Source: Desulfuromonadales bacterium (lineage in GTDB: Bacteria; Desulfobacterota; Desulfuromonadia; Desulfuromonadales; JAAYDE01). Taken from it: 64,000 nucleotides of DNA. The notes under the pieces are model-generated. The model was not told the origin of the DNA, did not search any database, and was given only the letters and a program-made list of their open reading frames with translations. Below, piece after piece: positions 26,753 to 35,620 of the stretch; within the stretch, counting starts at the first letter, position 1; the number at the start of each line of letters is the position of its first letter. Location: assembly GCA_963665045.2 (NCBI GenBank), contig CAXXJQ010000006.1, positions 375,053-439,052 of the forward strand, in the 5' to 3' direction. A program made the position numbers and the translations under genes.

Positions 26753-27427
26753 TCACCGATAACGATAGGGCAAAAAACGAGAAGGCCTGTCAGTACGGCT
26801 TTCAGAAGAATTATTGGACTGATAACGGGAGTCATTGAAATGACGGAAGCGGCCGGAACGAGAGCTGCTGTATGCCTGGCGATAGTACTGACTTTGCCGA
26901 TAATGGTTTCTGAAATGAGACTGCAGACGCTGCTGCTGAATCCGGGCTTGCGGGGTAGGTGCCTTGTCATAACTCCCGTACAAGGGATTGTTCTGCTGCC
27001 ATTGATCGCCCGGTTGACGATCCCTACGGTCAAAACGTTCATCCTGGCCGTCATAACGGCCATCCGGACGATCATAGCGCCTATCCGGACTGTCAAAGCG
27101 GCCGCCCCTGCGTCCGTAACGATTTTCCAGGTCATCATCAGGGCCGAGCCGACGCCCATAAGGATCCTGCCGATCATCATGGGGGCCACGGCGCGGACTG
27201 ACACGATCCTCCAGGCTGGTAGCGGGGCTGTCCTCCTGCCCTTCCTTAACCCCGTCCTCCGCCTTTTCCTCTTGTATTGCCTGGGGCTCTCCGGCCTTTC
27301 GGTACTTATTGTCCTGACCTTTCAAGGTCGGTTTGATCACATCCCCGGCGAAAGCCAGGTAACCCACCCCGGTGTTGCTCAAAAGCAAAACCGCAACAGC
27401 CGTCAGTACGATCCACAACGATTTCAT
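26753..27427 (-). CDS. secreted low-complexity Arg/Asp/Tyr/Gln-rich protein, unknown function
   Basis: Strong RBS GGAGGTG 6 nt before the ATG at 27427. Signal peptide MKSLWIVLTAVAVLLLSNTGVGYLAFA. Degenerate repeats include RYGRRGGRFDSPDRRYDRPDGRYDGQDERFDRRDRQ. Two other long ORFs over the same DNA are taken as shadows. Confidence 0.65.
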   Translation of the reverse strand: MKSLWIVLTAVAVLLLSNTGVGYLAFAGDVIKPTLKGQDNKYRKAGEPQAIQEEKAEDGVKEGQEDSPATSLEDRVSPRRGPHDDRQDPYGRRLGPDDDLENRYGRRGGRFDSPDRRYDRPDGRYDGQDERFDRRDRQPGDQWQQNNPLYGSYDKAPTPQARIQQQRLQSHFRNHYRQSQYYRQAYSSSRSGRFRHFNDSRYQSNNSSESRTDRPSRFLPYRYR

Positions 27428-27574
27428 AGGTCACCTCCGTTTCCTCATTCTATATTCAGAAGGTAACCGATGCAAATTGTTTCTTAGAGGTTATTTCCCA
27501 GCTCAATGGCTCGTGCCACCCGAATGGCGCCTAAACGAACAACAGATTAAATTTCCACCTTCAGGAAAAGGTTT

Positions 27575-27991
27575 TCATGGGGCAATGACCTCAATCTCCG
27601 GCATATTTGTGGGATCCGGAACAAATCTGAGAAGCCCAGCTCCCCCGTCTTTTCCGGCAAGTTTCTCCAGGGGATTTGACAGAACCTCGGCCAGGCAGGT
27701 TTCCATCTGACGCTTCAAATGAGCAAGATTCACCCCTTTAAAAACCTCCCCGTAGGGAGCTAGAAGAGCCGCACCTGAAACAAAAAGACCTCGGGCTCCA
27801 CGCATATTTCCGCGGCTGAAATGATAAAGGGCTAAAGACCATTGAATCAGTCCCTGCAAAAATTCCCTTGACTCATCAAATGTGCAAAGCCAGAGCTCTT
27901 CCCAAACCTCGTGAGCATTAAAAAAGTCCTTTCCATTGAAGTAATCGACTCCCTGATGAAACCGCTGATCCCCAATTTCGTTTTCCGCCAT
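27575..27991 (-). CDS. DUF309 domain-containing protein
   Basis: FHQGVDYFNGKDFFNAHEVWEELW matches the DUF309 signature as I remember it. Confidence 0.75.
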   Translation of the reverse strand: MAENEIGDQRFHQGVDYFNGKDFFNAHEVWEELWLCTFDESREFLQGLIQWSLALYHFSRGNMRGARGLFVSGAALLAPYGEVFKGVNLAHLKRQMETCLAEVLSNPLEKLAGKDGGAGLLRFVPDPTNMPEIEVIAP

Positions 27992-28267
27992 TCCCGGACC
28001 TTCCTTTTCATTTTAAGTTTTTATTATAGCATCCGTTGGATCTGGTCATATTAACCGGCGGAAAACTTTCTAAAAACTTAATCAATCCAGACACCTGACT
28101 ATTGTTTTTTTTGACTGGCTAAACTTTTCAGAGTATTCTTAAGCAGGGTTTGAAAACTGAACTACTTTTCGTAAATCGGGTTGGTCACCAAGCAAAAGAA
28201 ATTACCTTCCTGGGAATCGTGCACGTGTTCGTTTTCTGTACACTTTTTATGACATGGAGGCGGCTGC

Positions 28268-28789
28268 ATGAATATTCTGATTGCTTTTTATTCGGAGAGC
28301 GGCAATACCCGAAAAATTGCGGAAGCCATGGCCAGGGGGCTCTCTTCCGCGCCTGACACGGTGGTTGACCTGCAGCATATTGAAGAGGTCAGTCCTGCCA
28401 GATGGGGAAATTACGATCTTATTTTCATCGGCACCCCCGCCATCAGCTGGACCGTAGCTGAACCCGTTAAAAATGCCTTTGAAAATTTCCCATCTGACAC
28501 CTGTCCGGTCTTCAAACTCGCCCTTTTCGTAACCTATGGGGTGCCCGATATCCGGTTTTATGGAGAGTGTATAGAACTCATCAAGTCCTACTGTCAAAAA
28601 ATGAACGTAGAATATCTGGGTGAATTCTGCTGCCAAGGTGAACACCGGGTGATAGACCGCCTGGCCGAAAAATTCCCGGAAAAGGTGGCCCTCGCCCAAA
28701 CATCCATTGGTCACCCGGATGCCGTCGACCTGCAACGCGCGGCGGATTTTGCCGTTGATATTTACAGCCGGGCTATCGATGAAACCTGA
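28268..28789 (+). CDS. flavodoxin-family protein
   Basis: MNILIAFYSESGNTRKIAEAMARGL FMN-binding N-terminus and LIFIGTP. GGAGG RBS upstream. Confidence 0.8.
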   Translation: MNILIAFYSESGNTRKIAEAMARGLSSAPDTVVDLQHIEEVSPARWGNYDLIFIGTPAISWTVAEPVKNAFENFPSDTCPVFKLALFVTYGVPDIRFYGECIELIKSYCQKMNVEYLGEFCCQGEHRVIDRLAEKFPEKVALAQTSIGHPDAVDLQRAADFAVDIYSRAIDET

Positions 28790-29165
28790 CGCTGATAAAG
28801 GCTTGCCGAGAAAACACCTTCAACGGAATTCCACAAATCCCAGCACCATTTTCAACTCCAAAAACATCGCAAAGGAATACCTGACCATCGCCGCAATGAT
28901 CGACATTTATTGCCGGAAAATTCACGGCCGGAAAAACTCACGATGTCCGAAATGCCTGGAATTACTGGACTATGTCGAAAAAAGATTGCAGTTTTGCCGC
29001 TACGCAGAGAACAAGCCCCGCTGCCGGGAATGCCCTACGCCCTGTTTTGCCCAACCACAGAAAGCTCTCATCAAAAAGGTCATGAAATTCTCCGGCCCCC
29101 GCCTAATGCTTTATCATCCGTTCCTGGCTTTGCGGCATCTCGGGAAAAAGGCCTCTGATTTTTAA
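28779..29165 (+). CDS. nitrous-oxide-stimulated promoter (YgbA_NO) family protein
   Basis: Cys pattern CRKIHG..RCPKCLELLDYVEKRLQFCRYAENKPRCRECPTPCF..KVMKFSGPRLMLYHP. The ATG at 28779 overlaps the flavodoxin 3' end. Confidence 0.75.
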   Translation: MKPDADKGLPRKHLQRNSTNPSTIFNSKNIAKEYLTIAAMIDIYCRKIHGRKNSRCPKCLELLDYVEKRLQFCRYAENKPRCRECPTPCFAQPQKALIKKVMKFSGPRLMLYHPFLALRHLGKKASDF

Positions 29166-29616
29166 TGTTTTTCTTGTCGAGAACGGAAAAAATAAAATCC
29201 GGCAGCGGTGAAAAGGCTCCAGCCCAGGGATAATCTGGCATGAAAAGCCAAATGCCAAATTCCTGACTTACCAGCAATCTTAACTCTGGAAGCTATCGAA
29301 ATTTTGACAGTTGTAGCAAAGTAACCTCTTAAAAGTCGTGTTCACCAGCCAGATCAAATTTTTCTTTTAATTTTTTTATTTTTTATATTGTCGCCCCCGC
29401 ACGACAACCCCTTGAAAAATAATATATTTTTCTAATTAAAGAAAGGATATGTTCAATTCAAAGAGCTTTACTGGAATTTTTTAAATAATTTTTATTAAGT
29501 TTGGCACAAAGGGTGAAAAATATGGAAACAAGACCAACAAAACAATCGATCCTTTAATAAAACAGAGATCCTTATTAATTTTAAATAGTTTCATCTACCT
29601 CCCCCCCCCACCCCCC

Positions 29617-29654
29617 AAAAAGCATGGGGCCTTTTCAGGCCCCATGTTTTTTTT
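29617..29654. terminator. intrinsic terminator hairpin, usable on either strand
   Basis: AAAAAG-CATGGGGCC-TTTTCA-GGCCCCATG-TTTTTTTT. It directly follows a C9-A-C6 tract (29601-29616). Confidence 0.75.
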
Positions 29655-29705
29655 CAGGCATTTTCATTACAAGAATAAATCAGCCTTCAAAAAAATACGA
29701 CCGGG

Positions 29706-29751
29706 AAAAAGCAAAGCCGGACAACCTCAAAGGTGCCCGGCTTTGCTTTTC
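29706..29751 (-). terminator. intrinsic terminator downstream of the TPR gene
   Basis: 13-bp stem AAAGCAAAGCCGG/CCGGCTTTGCTTT. On the minus strand it is followed by TTTTTCCCGG, about 70 nt after the TPR stop. Confidence 0.7.
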
Positions 29752-29819
29752 AGGGATTCCACAGGATATTATTCCTGCTTCCTCCCATCCCCCCATCGAA
29801 TTGTTCTTTTGCTGCCAAC

Positions 29820-30260
29820 TTAACGCAGTCCGAGACGACGGAAAACCATCCCGCAATACTTGTTTAATGGATTTCTCCGGGAAAGCTTTTTGAAAACCGG
29901 ATTTCTCCGAATTCCCAAATGACGCAACTCGGCAATAATCCGCTGATCACAACCCATCTTCAAACCTTTCTGATAGGTGCGAATGGCCTGAAGCTTTTGA
30001 CCTGCCAACGCGTAAATCCGTCCCAGATTCAGATAAAAAAGGGGATTCCGAGGGTCTTTTTGAATGGCCTCGAGACACATTTTTGCCCCTTCTTTCAACT
30101 TGCCCTGCTCTCTCGCGAGACAATAACCCAGATAACAATCCACCAAAGGGGTTTTCATAATTTGGGAAGCATTTTCGAAAAGCATCATCGCCTCCATGAA
30201 ATTACCCTTTTCCACAGCCGCCGCTCCTTGCGAAGTCAAATTTTCATATTCCTGTAACAT
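29820..30260 (-). CDS. small tetratricopeptide-repeat protein
   Basis: The ATG at 30260 is preceded by GGAGGTGGGGTG. TPR-like repeats (GNFMEAMMLFENA.., AKMCLEAIQKDPRNPLFYLNLGRIYALAGQKLQAIRTYQKGL). The track ORF extends upstream to 30392 without an RBS. Confidence 0.7.
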   Translation of the reverse strand: MLQEYENLTSQGAAAVEKGNFMEAMMLFENASQIMKTPLVDCYLGYCLAREQGKLKEGAKMCLEAIQKDPRNPLFYLNLGRIYALAGQKLQAIRTYQKGLKMGCDQRIIAELRHLGIRRNPVFKKLSRRNPLNKYCGMVFRRLGLR

Positions 30261-30992
30261 CACCCCACCTCCAACTAGTATTTTTGCCACAACCCGGCTT
30301 GAAATAACCTCGACATGATCAGAGCTATTACTATTCAAGCCGTTACTTTTTTCTACCTGTCCCCTGAAGGTAAGAAAAATTGCAATGCTCATTCCCCGAA
30401 TGGGATATTTGTCAAAAAGGACTGAACCAGGACATGAAGTCCTATATTTTTTAAATAGTTACAAATTCATCTTGCTTTGGCCGAAAGTTTTTGTTTTTAA
30501 ATTTCCAGGTCGGAGTTCCGTCATTTGACGTATTTTGCTAATAACAAGATAATGCTTTTTTTCACCGTTCTATTGTCTTTTCCGGACCTTCCTGTTTATC
30601 ACCACCAACTAAAAAAAATCCGCACGCTATACTATTTAGATGGGGTCTTATCGTCATCTGTGTTGTTTCGACCACCGCTCGGACCTTCTTCCGGGGGGGG
30701 GTGACGATTGCCCTGATTAACATTTTTGATTTATCGTAACCAACCGTTTTTAATATAAAAACTTGGATTATTCGACCTTAAAAAGTAAAATTTTTAAAAT
30801 AGACATTTTCCGCAAACAGGCTATGCCATTAGACGGAAAACACGCTATTGAAAGGTGCAACAATCCCTCATTGAAAGGCCCGAACTCCCTAACGGATGAA
30901 TGTATATTGCCACAAACGAGACATCCTGAAACTTCTGTCCAGCATAACCAGGTTCTTACTTTTGAAAAAACATAACGCTCAGGAGGCCTAGC

Positions 30993-31922
30993 ATGGAACG
31001 CTTTGAAAATATTGCCCGGATTTCCCCCGAGAAGCTTCAACATTGGATAGATGAAGGAAAAGACCTTGTTCTTATCGACACCCTTCCCAAAGAGCATTTT
31101 GACAAAATCCATTTGCAGGCTGCGCAAAACGCCTGCATTTTCAAGGTTTCCTTTATGGACGAGGTCAAAGCCATGGTTGCCGACAAATCGAAGACCATTG
31201 TGGTTTATGGTGCGGACGCGGAAACGATGGATGCCCTGAACGCAGCTGAAAAGCTGGCTTTATCCGGATACAGCCAGGTATATGCCCTCGAAGGGGGAAT
31301 TTCCCGGTGTCGCTCATGCGGCTTAACCTTCCAGGGAGCTGCCACTGACCTGCCGGAAGCACCCGAGCAGGTTCTTCATTTGGAGAACCGCAACTATAAG
31401 GTCGACCTGGAGAAAAGCATTATCGAATGGGCTGGACGAAATCCAAATTCGAAGCATCATGGCACAGTCCAACTCCTGAAGGGTGACCTCAAGGTGCTGG
31501 ATGGAAAAATTTCCGGGACGTTCGACATCGATATGTCCTCCATCAAAAACATCAACCTTGAAGGCGACCCTCTGCAACAGGTGTTGATCAATCACCTCAA
31601 ATCCGACGATTTTTTCTTTGTCAAAATGTTTCCAAAAGCTACTTTCACCATTCAAAGTGCTTTTCCTTTAAAAAACCCGACATTTACCGCACCGAATTTT
31701 GAAGTTTTCGGGGCTCTTGAGATGCGGGGGGTGGGTGCCGATCTTCAGTTCCCGGCAACACTGAACCGACGGCAGGACGGCCAAATAGCTGTCGAGGCCC
31801 ACTTTGATATTGACCGGACAAACTGGAATATCATTTACGGTTCAAGTCGCTTTTTCCGGCATCTTGGTATGCACCTGGTGTTTGACCTGATAAGTTTTCA
31901 GGTGCAAATTGTGGCCGGCTGA
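30993..31922 (+). CDS. rhodanese-homology domain (no catalytic Cys) fused to a YceI-like domain
   Basis: AGGAGG RBS. The rhodanese-like N-terminus has IVVYGADAETMDALNAAEKL where active enzymes have Cys. C-terminal YceI-like blocks YKVDLEKSIIEWAGRN..HHGTVQL..G and LKSDDFFFVKMFPKATF. Confidence 0.7.
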   Translation: MERFENIARISPEKLQHWIDEGKDLVLIDTLPKEHFDKIHLQAAQNACIFKVSFMDEVKAMVADKSKTIVVYGADAETMDALNAAEKLALSGYSQVYALEGGISRCRSCGLTFQGAATDLPEAPEQVLHLENRNYKVDLEKSIIEWAGRNPNSKHHGTVQLLKGDLKVLDGKISGTFDIDMSSIKNINLEGDPLQQVLINHLKSDDFFFVKMFPKATFTIQSAFPLKNPTFTAPNFEVFGALEMRGVGADLQFPATLNRRQDGQIAVEAHFDIDRTNWNIIYGSSRFFRHLGMHLVFDLISFQVQIVAG

Positions 31923-32491
31923 TGTTTTTTCCCGTTGATTTTGAGAAAAACGATGGGCAATGTTCTCGAAGCTTTACGAGCCATAGTGCTAGGGATAGTA
32001 TTTTTTCTCATGACTTTGAAATGGAAAACCCCGGACTCTCAAAAATCGGGGGCTGGAAGCAGCTGGTGTTTGGTTTCGGCCTGCTTTTCTTTGGCGCTGT
32101 ATTCGACTTCACGGACAATTTCCCCGGTTTGGAACAATGGGTTATCATCGGTGAAACTCCGGTCCAGGTTTTTCTGGAGGAAATGGGGGCTTACCTTTTG
32201 GGCAGCTTGCTATTAACCGTCGGCCTATACAGATGGATCCCCAGTGTCATTGGACATAATCGCCAAACCAAGGAGCGCCTGGAAAGAACCGCCGCCGAGA
32301 TAAAAACCCTGAGCGGTCTGCTGCCTATTTGCTCATCCTATGAAAAAAATCGCGAAGACAAGGGCTATTGGAGCCAGATTGAAGGCTACATCAGCGCCCA
32401 TTCGGAAGCGACCTTCTCTCACAGTATCTGCCCGGATTGCTCCAAAAAACTTTATCCCGACATCAATATCTTTACGGATAAAAAATCGTGA
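31922..32491 (+). CDS. two-TM membrane protein with degenerate C-terminal Cys/His module (paralogue of the 11471..12400 C-terminus)
   Basis: C-terminus LSGLLPICSSYEKNREDKGYWSQIEGYISAHSEATFSHSICPDCSKKLYP. The start is uncertain: the ATG at 31922 overlaps the upstream stop (TGATG), but the first 23 codons are repeat-derived. The alternative ATG is at 32021 (MENPGLSKIGGW). Confidence 0.65.
   Translation: MFFPVDFEKNDGQCSRSFTSHSARDSIFSHDFEMENPGLSKIGGWKQLVFGFGLLFFGAVFDFTDNFPGLEQWVIIGETPVQVFLEEMGAYLLGSLLLTVGLYRWIPSVIGHNRQTKERLERTAAEIKTLSGLLPICSSYEKNREDKGYWSQIEGYISAHSEATFSHSICPDCSKKLYPDINIFTDKKS
31926..31990 (+). repeat. intergenic repeat family A, truncated/internally deleted fragment
   Basis: TTTTTTCCCGTTGA-TTTTGAGAAAAACGATGGGCAATGTTCTCGAAGC aligns with the 5' end and module-1 left arm of copy 61014-61217. 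Confidence 0.55.
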
Positions 32492-32642
32492 AAAGCGCCT
32501 TGGCCACAACTCCTTCCTGCGGAATTTCAGGTGACAGGGAAATGAATTTCATGCATTCTATCTTTTACTTGCCAACATCGGAACAATCCGTCAGCTATAC
32601 ATTTTATTCATTTTTTTAAACTGGTTTTGGAAAAAGTGTTTC

Positions 32643-33770
32643 ATGAATTCCAAACTTTCATTCCATCTCCCGAAATTTAATTTTTCCTGGTTGAAATGGG
32701 CCGGTTTTCTCGCCTGGGCTTTTCTGTTCGCCAGTTGCAGTTCAATCAACTATTTTGGGGAAGCCATAAGCGGTCATTTTGAAATCCTCCGGAAAGCTGA
32801 ACCCATCGATGAGGTTATTGCCAGGGATACCACCGGACCAGAGCTGAAAAAAACTCTGCAAAACATCAAGGAAGCCCGCGCATTCGCCGCCAATGAGCTT
32901 CTCCTCCCCGACAATGGAAGCTACAACCGCTACGCGGATATCGACCGGGAATGCGTAACCTGGAACGTCATTGCCGCCGAGGAATTTTCCGTAGACCCAG
33001 AGGAATGGTGCTTTCCGGTTGCCGGATGTGTCAGTTACAAAGGCTTTTTTGACCGCGGCAAGGCGAAGCAGTATGCGACGGAATTGTCAAAAAAGGGCAT
33101 GGACATTTATGTGGCAGGTGCTATCGCCTATTCCACCCTTGGCTGGTTTGACGACCCGGTTCTAAGCACCATGCTCTCCCGCAGTGAAGCACACTACATC
33201 GGCGTTCTTTTTCACGAACTCGCCCACCAGAAATTGTATATTGAAAATGACACCGCTTTCAATGAAGCCTTTGCCACCAGTGTTGCCGAGGAGGGTATCA
33301 GACGCTGGTTTGCCAGAACCGGTAACGGTGACGCCTATCAGGAATTTCTTATCTCCCAAAAACGAAGCAGGGAATTTAATGATCTGATCCTGGGTGCCCG
33401 TGAAAAATTACAGTCTCTCTACAACCAAAAACTCAGCCCCAAGCTGATGCGCAGCCAAAAGCAGGAAATCTTCCATCAATTGCAGCTTGATTACAGGGAG
33501 TTAAAGAAACACTGGGGTGGGGATGGTAGGTACGATGCCTGGATGTCCAAAAAACTGAATAATGCCCACCTTGCTCTTGTGGCCACCTACAATGACCTAG
33601 TGCCGATATTCCGCCTGATGCTTGTACGGTCCAACGGCGATCTGAAATCTTTTTATGACAGAACCGCCGTCATTTCCTCTCAGCCCTACGAAAAGCGCCA
33701 CCAGGTACTTAAGCAAATTTATGCTCAAAGAGAAAAGTGGAAGCCGGTTCCGACAGCCTTTTCTCCCTGA
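32643..33770 (+). CDS. predicted zinc aminopeptidase (PF10023-like), lipoprotein/secreted
   Basis: N-terminal signal with FASC lipobox-like site. Metalloprotease motif VLFHELAHQKLYIENDTAFNEAFATSVAEEG. Confidence 0.7.
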   Translation: MNSKLSFHLPKFNFSWLKWAGFLAWAFLFASCSSINYFGEAISGHFEILRKAEPIDEVIARDTTGPELKKTLQNIKEARAFAANELLLPDNGSYNRYADIDRECVTWNVIAAEEFSVDPEEWCFPVAGCVSYKGFFDRGKAKQYATELSKKGMDIYVAGAIAYSTLGWFDDPVLSTMLSRSEAHYIGVLFHELAHQKLYIENDTAFNEAFATSVAEEGIRRWFARTGNGDAYQEFLISQKRSREFNDLILGAREKLQSLYNQKLSPKLMRSQKQEIFHQLQLDYRELKKHWGGDGRYDAWMSKKLNNAHLALVATYNDLVPIFRLMLVRSNGDLKSFYDRTAVISSQPYEKRHQVLKQIYAQREKWKPVPTAFSP

Positions 33771-33826
33771 GGATTCTGAATCAAGTTGGGTTAATTTTTT
33801 TCAATCCGACACCGGAAGGAGGTTCC

Positions 33827-34411
33827 ATGAAAGTGGTCTGTCTTTTGGGCAGCCCCCGTGAAAATGGCAACAGCGCAACCGTAGCACGCCATTTTTTGCA
33901 CCATGCTGAAAAGTTCGGGGCTCAAACGGAAAGCTTTTTTCTAAACGGGTTGAATATTAAAGGCTGCCAGGCCTGCAACCTCTGCAAGACAAAATATGAA
34001 TCCTGTGTTCTCAACGACGGCCTCGCACCCGCTCTGGAAGCAACATTCCATGCAGATATAGTGGTTATGGCCTCTCCGGTCTATTACGGCGATGTCTCGG
34101 CTCAGCTTAAAGCCTTTATTGACCGGACCTACTCCTTTCTTGTGCCGGACTATATCGCCAAGGCCCAGCCCAGCCGCCTTACAGAACGCAAAAAACTGGT
34201 ATTCATACTCACCCAGGGACATCGCGACTCCGACTGGTTCGCCGACATTCTGCCACGGTACCAGGACCTTTTTCACTGGACCGGGTTTGCCACCACTCAC
34301 CCCATCCGGGTGGTTGACGTTTACCAACCTGGAGATGTGGACAAACGACCTGACGTCTTTGAAAAAACTGCCGCCCTGGCTGAAAAATGGCTCGCTGGCG
34401 AAAATGCATAA
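33827..34411 (+). CDS. NAD(P)H-dependent FMN reductase/flavodoxin-like fold protein
   Basis: The ATG at 33827 follows GGAAGGAGG. MKVVCLLGSPRENGNSA..GCQACNLCK..VMASPVYYGDVSAQLKAFIDR. Confidence 0.8.
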   Translation: MKVVCLLGSPRENGNSATVARHFLHHAEKFGAQTESFFLNGLNIKGCQACNLCKTKYESCVLNDGLAPALEATFHADIVVMASPVYYGDVSAQLKAFIDRTYSFLVPDYIAKAQPSRLTERKKLVFILTQGHRDSDWFADILPRYQDLFHWTGFATTHPIRVVDVYQPGDVDKRPDVFEKTAALAEKWLAGENA

Positions 34412-34422
34412 TTTGGGATAGC

Positions 34423-34546
34423 TGCCCATGGAATGGGCATCAGCCGCCCGGATGGCGGCAGCTAAGCCCCATGGATGGATTCACGCGACCCTTGGAATGG
34501 GCGTTGCCAGGCATTGTGCCGACAAGCTGAACAATTACAATTAAAC
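34423..34546 (+). repeat. intergenic repeat family B, copy 2
   Basis: Aligns with 2009-2142 (see that feature). Begins 12 nt after the stop of the flavoprotein gene. Confidence 0.8.
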
Positions 34547-34617
34547 AAACCAAACACCGGTCAGGACTTTTGCTTTTAACAACCCTCAATTTCGGGGTTG
34601 AAAGCAGCCAAACTGTC

Positions 34618-34655
34618 AAAAAAAAGCCCGGCTCAGAGCCGGGCTGATCTTTTTC
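34618..34655. terminator. bidirectional intrinsic terminator between convergent genes
   Basis: AAAAAAAA-GCCCGGCTC-A-GAGCCGGGC-TGATCTTTTT. Confidence 0.8.
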
Positions 34656-34672
34656 CGGATACACACGAAATA

Positions 34673-35533
34673 TTATTTTCCACCATTGCCCGCGCCGCCA
34701 CCTGAACCACCATTTCCGCCGCCAGCTGAGCCCCCGCTTGCACCCTTACCGTCGGCAGCACCCTGACCTCTTCCGGCCTCGGCCAGGCCATCAGCACTCA
34801 TACCGGCACGGATTCCCCGGGCATAACCCGCTGCAAGCTTATCAGGATTCTCGTTACTGGAGCGATGCATGAACGAATGGCGCAACGTCTTCATTTCCCT
34901 GGCCTGATAATTATTTTGCAACGCTTCCGAAACGAGATCCGCAGCATTAGCGGAACGAACCCCGACACGGGCCATGGTTCGGACCGTATTGCAAGTCTCC
35001 AAAGCCAGCTCTTCAGCCTGATTTCTGGTCATCAGTCTGGTCCTGAGCTGCAATTGTTCTCTGACAGCGTCCATGTCTTTTTCCGTCATTCCCGCGGCCA
35101 GACCCTGGGCGATGATATCGCCAAGACGGTTCGCTTGATTCCTGCTAAGAGACATCTTGCTGGCCTGCGCATAAGCAAAGGCATAACGGGAACGCACCTG
35201 CTCCATAGCCTGAACTACGGCCTTGTCCCCGACCTGCTTGGCAATTCCCTCCCTGGCTTTGCTCATGACCGGCCCCTCCGGCAAGCCTTGGCGCCTGGCC
35301 TCCATAACGACGTTCTGGGCCTCAATCATCTCTTGGTTCTGGAACCGACTTCTCTCCATAAGTTGAACCATTTCAATAGCGTCGTCCTTTGGAATGCCCA
35401 GCCTGATCATTTCCCGGGTGTTGTTTTTCAACTCCAAAGATGCCCGGGAGGAAAGCCCCTCATCGACCTCATCGGCTAAAACCCCGGATGCTCCAAGTAA
35501 TAGCATCATCAGAACAGCTGTTAACGTTTTCAT
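34673..35533 (-). CDS. secreted alpha-helical protein with Gly-rich C-terminal tail, unknown function
   Basis: The ATG at 35533 follows GGGAGGA. Signal peptide MKTLTAVLMMLLLGASGVLA. Tail GKGASGGSAGGGNGGSGGGAGNGGK. Last gene of the ECF sigma operon. Confidence 0.7.
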   Translation of the reverse strand: MKTLTAVLMMLLLGASGVLADEVDEGLSSRASLELKNNTREMIRLGIPKDDAIEMVQLMERSRFQNQEMIEAQNVVMEARRQGLPEGPVMSKAREGIAKQVGDKAVVQAMEQVRSRYAFAYAQASKMSLSRNQANRLGDIIAQGLAAGMTEKDMDAVREQLQLRTRLMTRNQAEELALETCNTVRTMARVGVRSANAADLVSEALQNNYQAREMKTLRHSFMHRSSNENPDKLAAGYARGIRAGMSADGLAEAGRGQGAADGKGASGGSAGGGNGGSGGGAGNGGK

Positions 35534-35620
35534 AATGTCCTCCCAGTCATATTTTGTCCCCAACAAGGGGGACTGCCAATTTGTTTCTTTTCAACTATAA
35601 ACGGGCAGGCGACCAAAAGG

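Noticed and set aside
26633-27466. A 277-aa + strand ORF and a 159-aa - strand ORF (26725..27204) overlapping the R/D/Y-rich gene.
   Set aside because: The repetitive composition keeps all three frames open. Only the 26753..27427 frame has a strong RBS and a signal peptide. The + strand ORF also starts inside the terminator of the upstream gene.
27428-27574. A possible c-di-GMP (GEMM-I) riboswitch or sigma54 promoter in the leader of the R/D/Y-rich gene. The minus-strand sequence reads GGCGCCATTCGGGTGGCACGAGCCATTGAGCTGGG.
   Set aside because: It lacks the GEMM-I hallmarks I remember (GGCAAACC...GNRA loop...ACGCAAAGCC). The TGGCACG element is followed by TTGA one position out of register with the -12 GC. 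A cmscan run would settle it.
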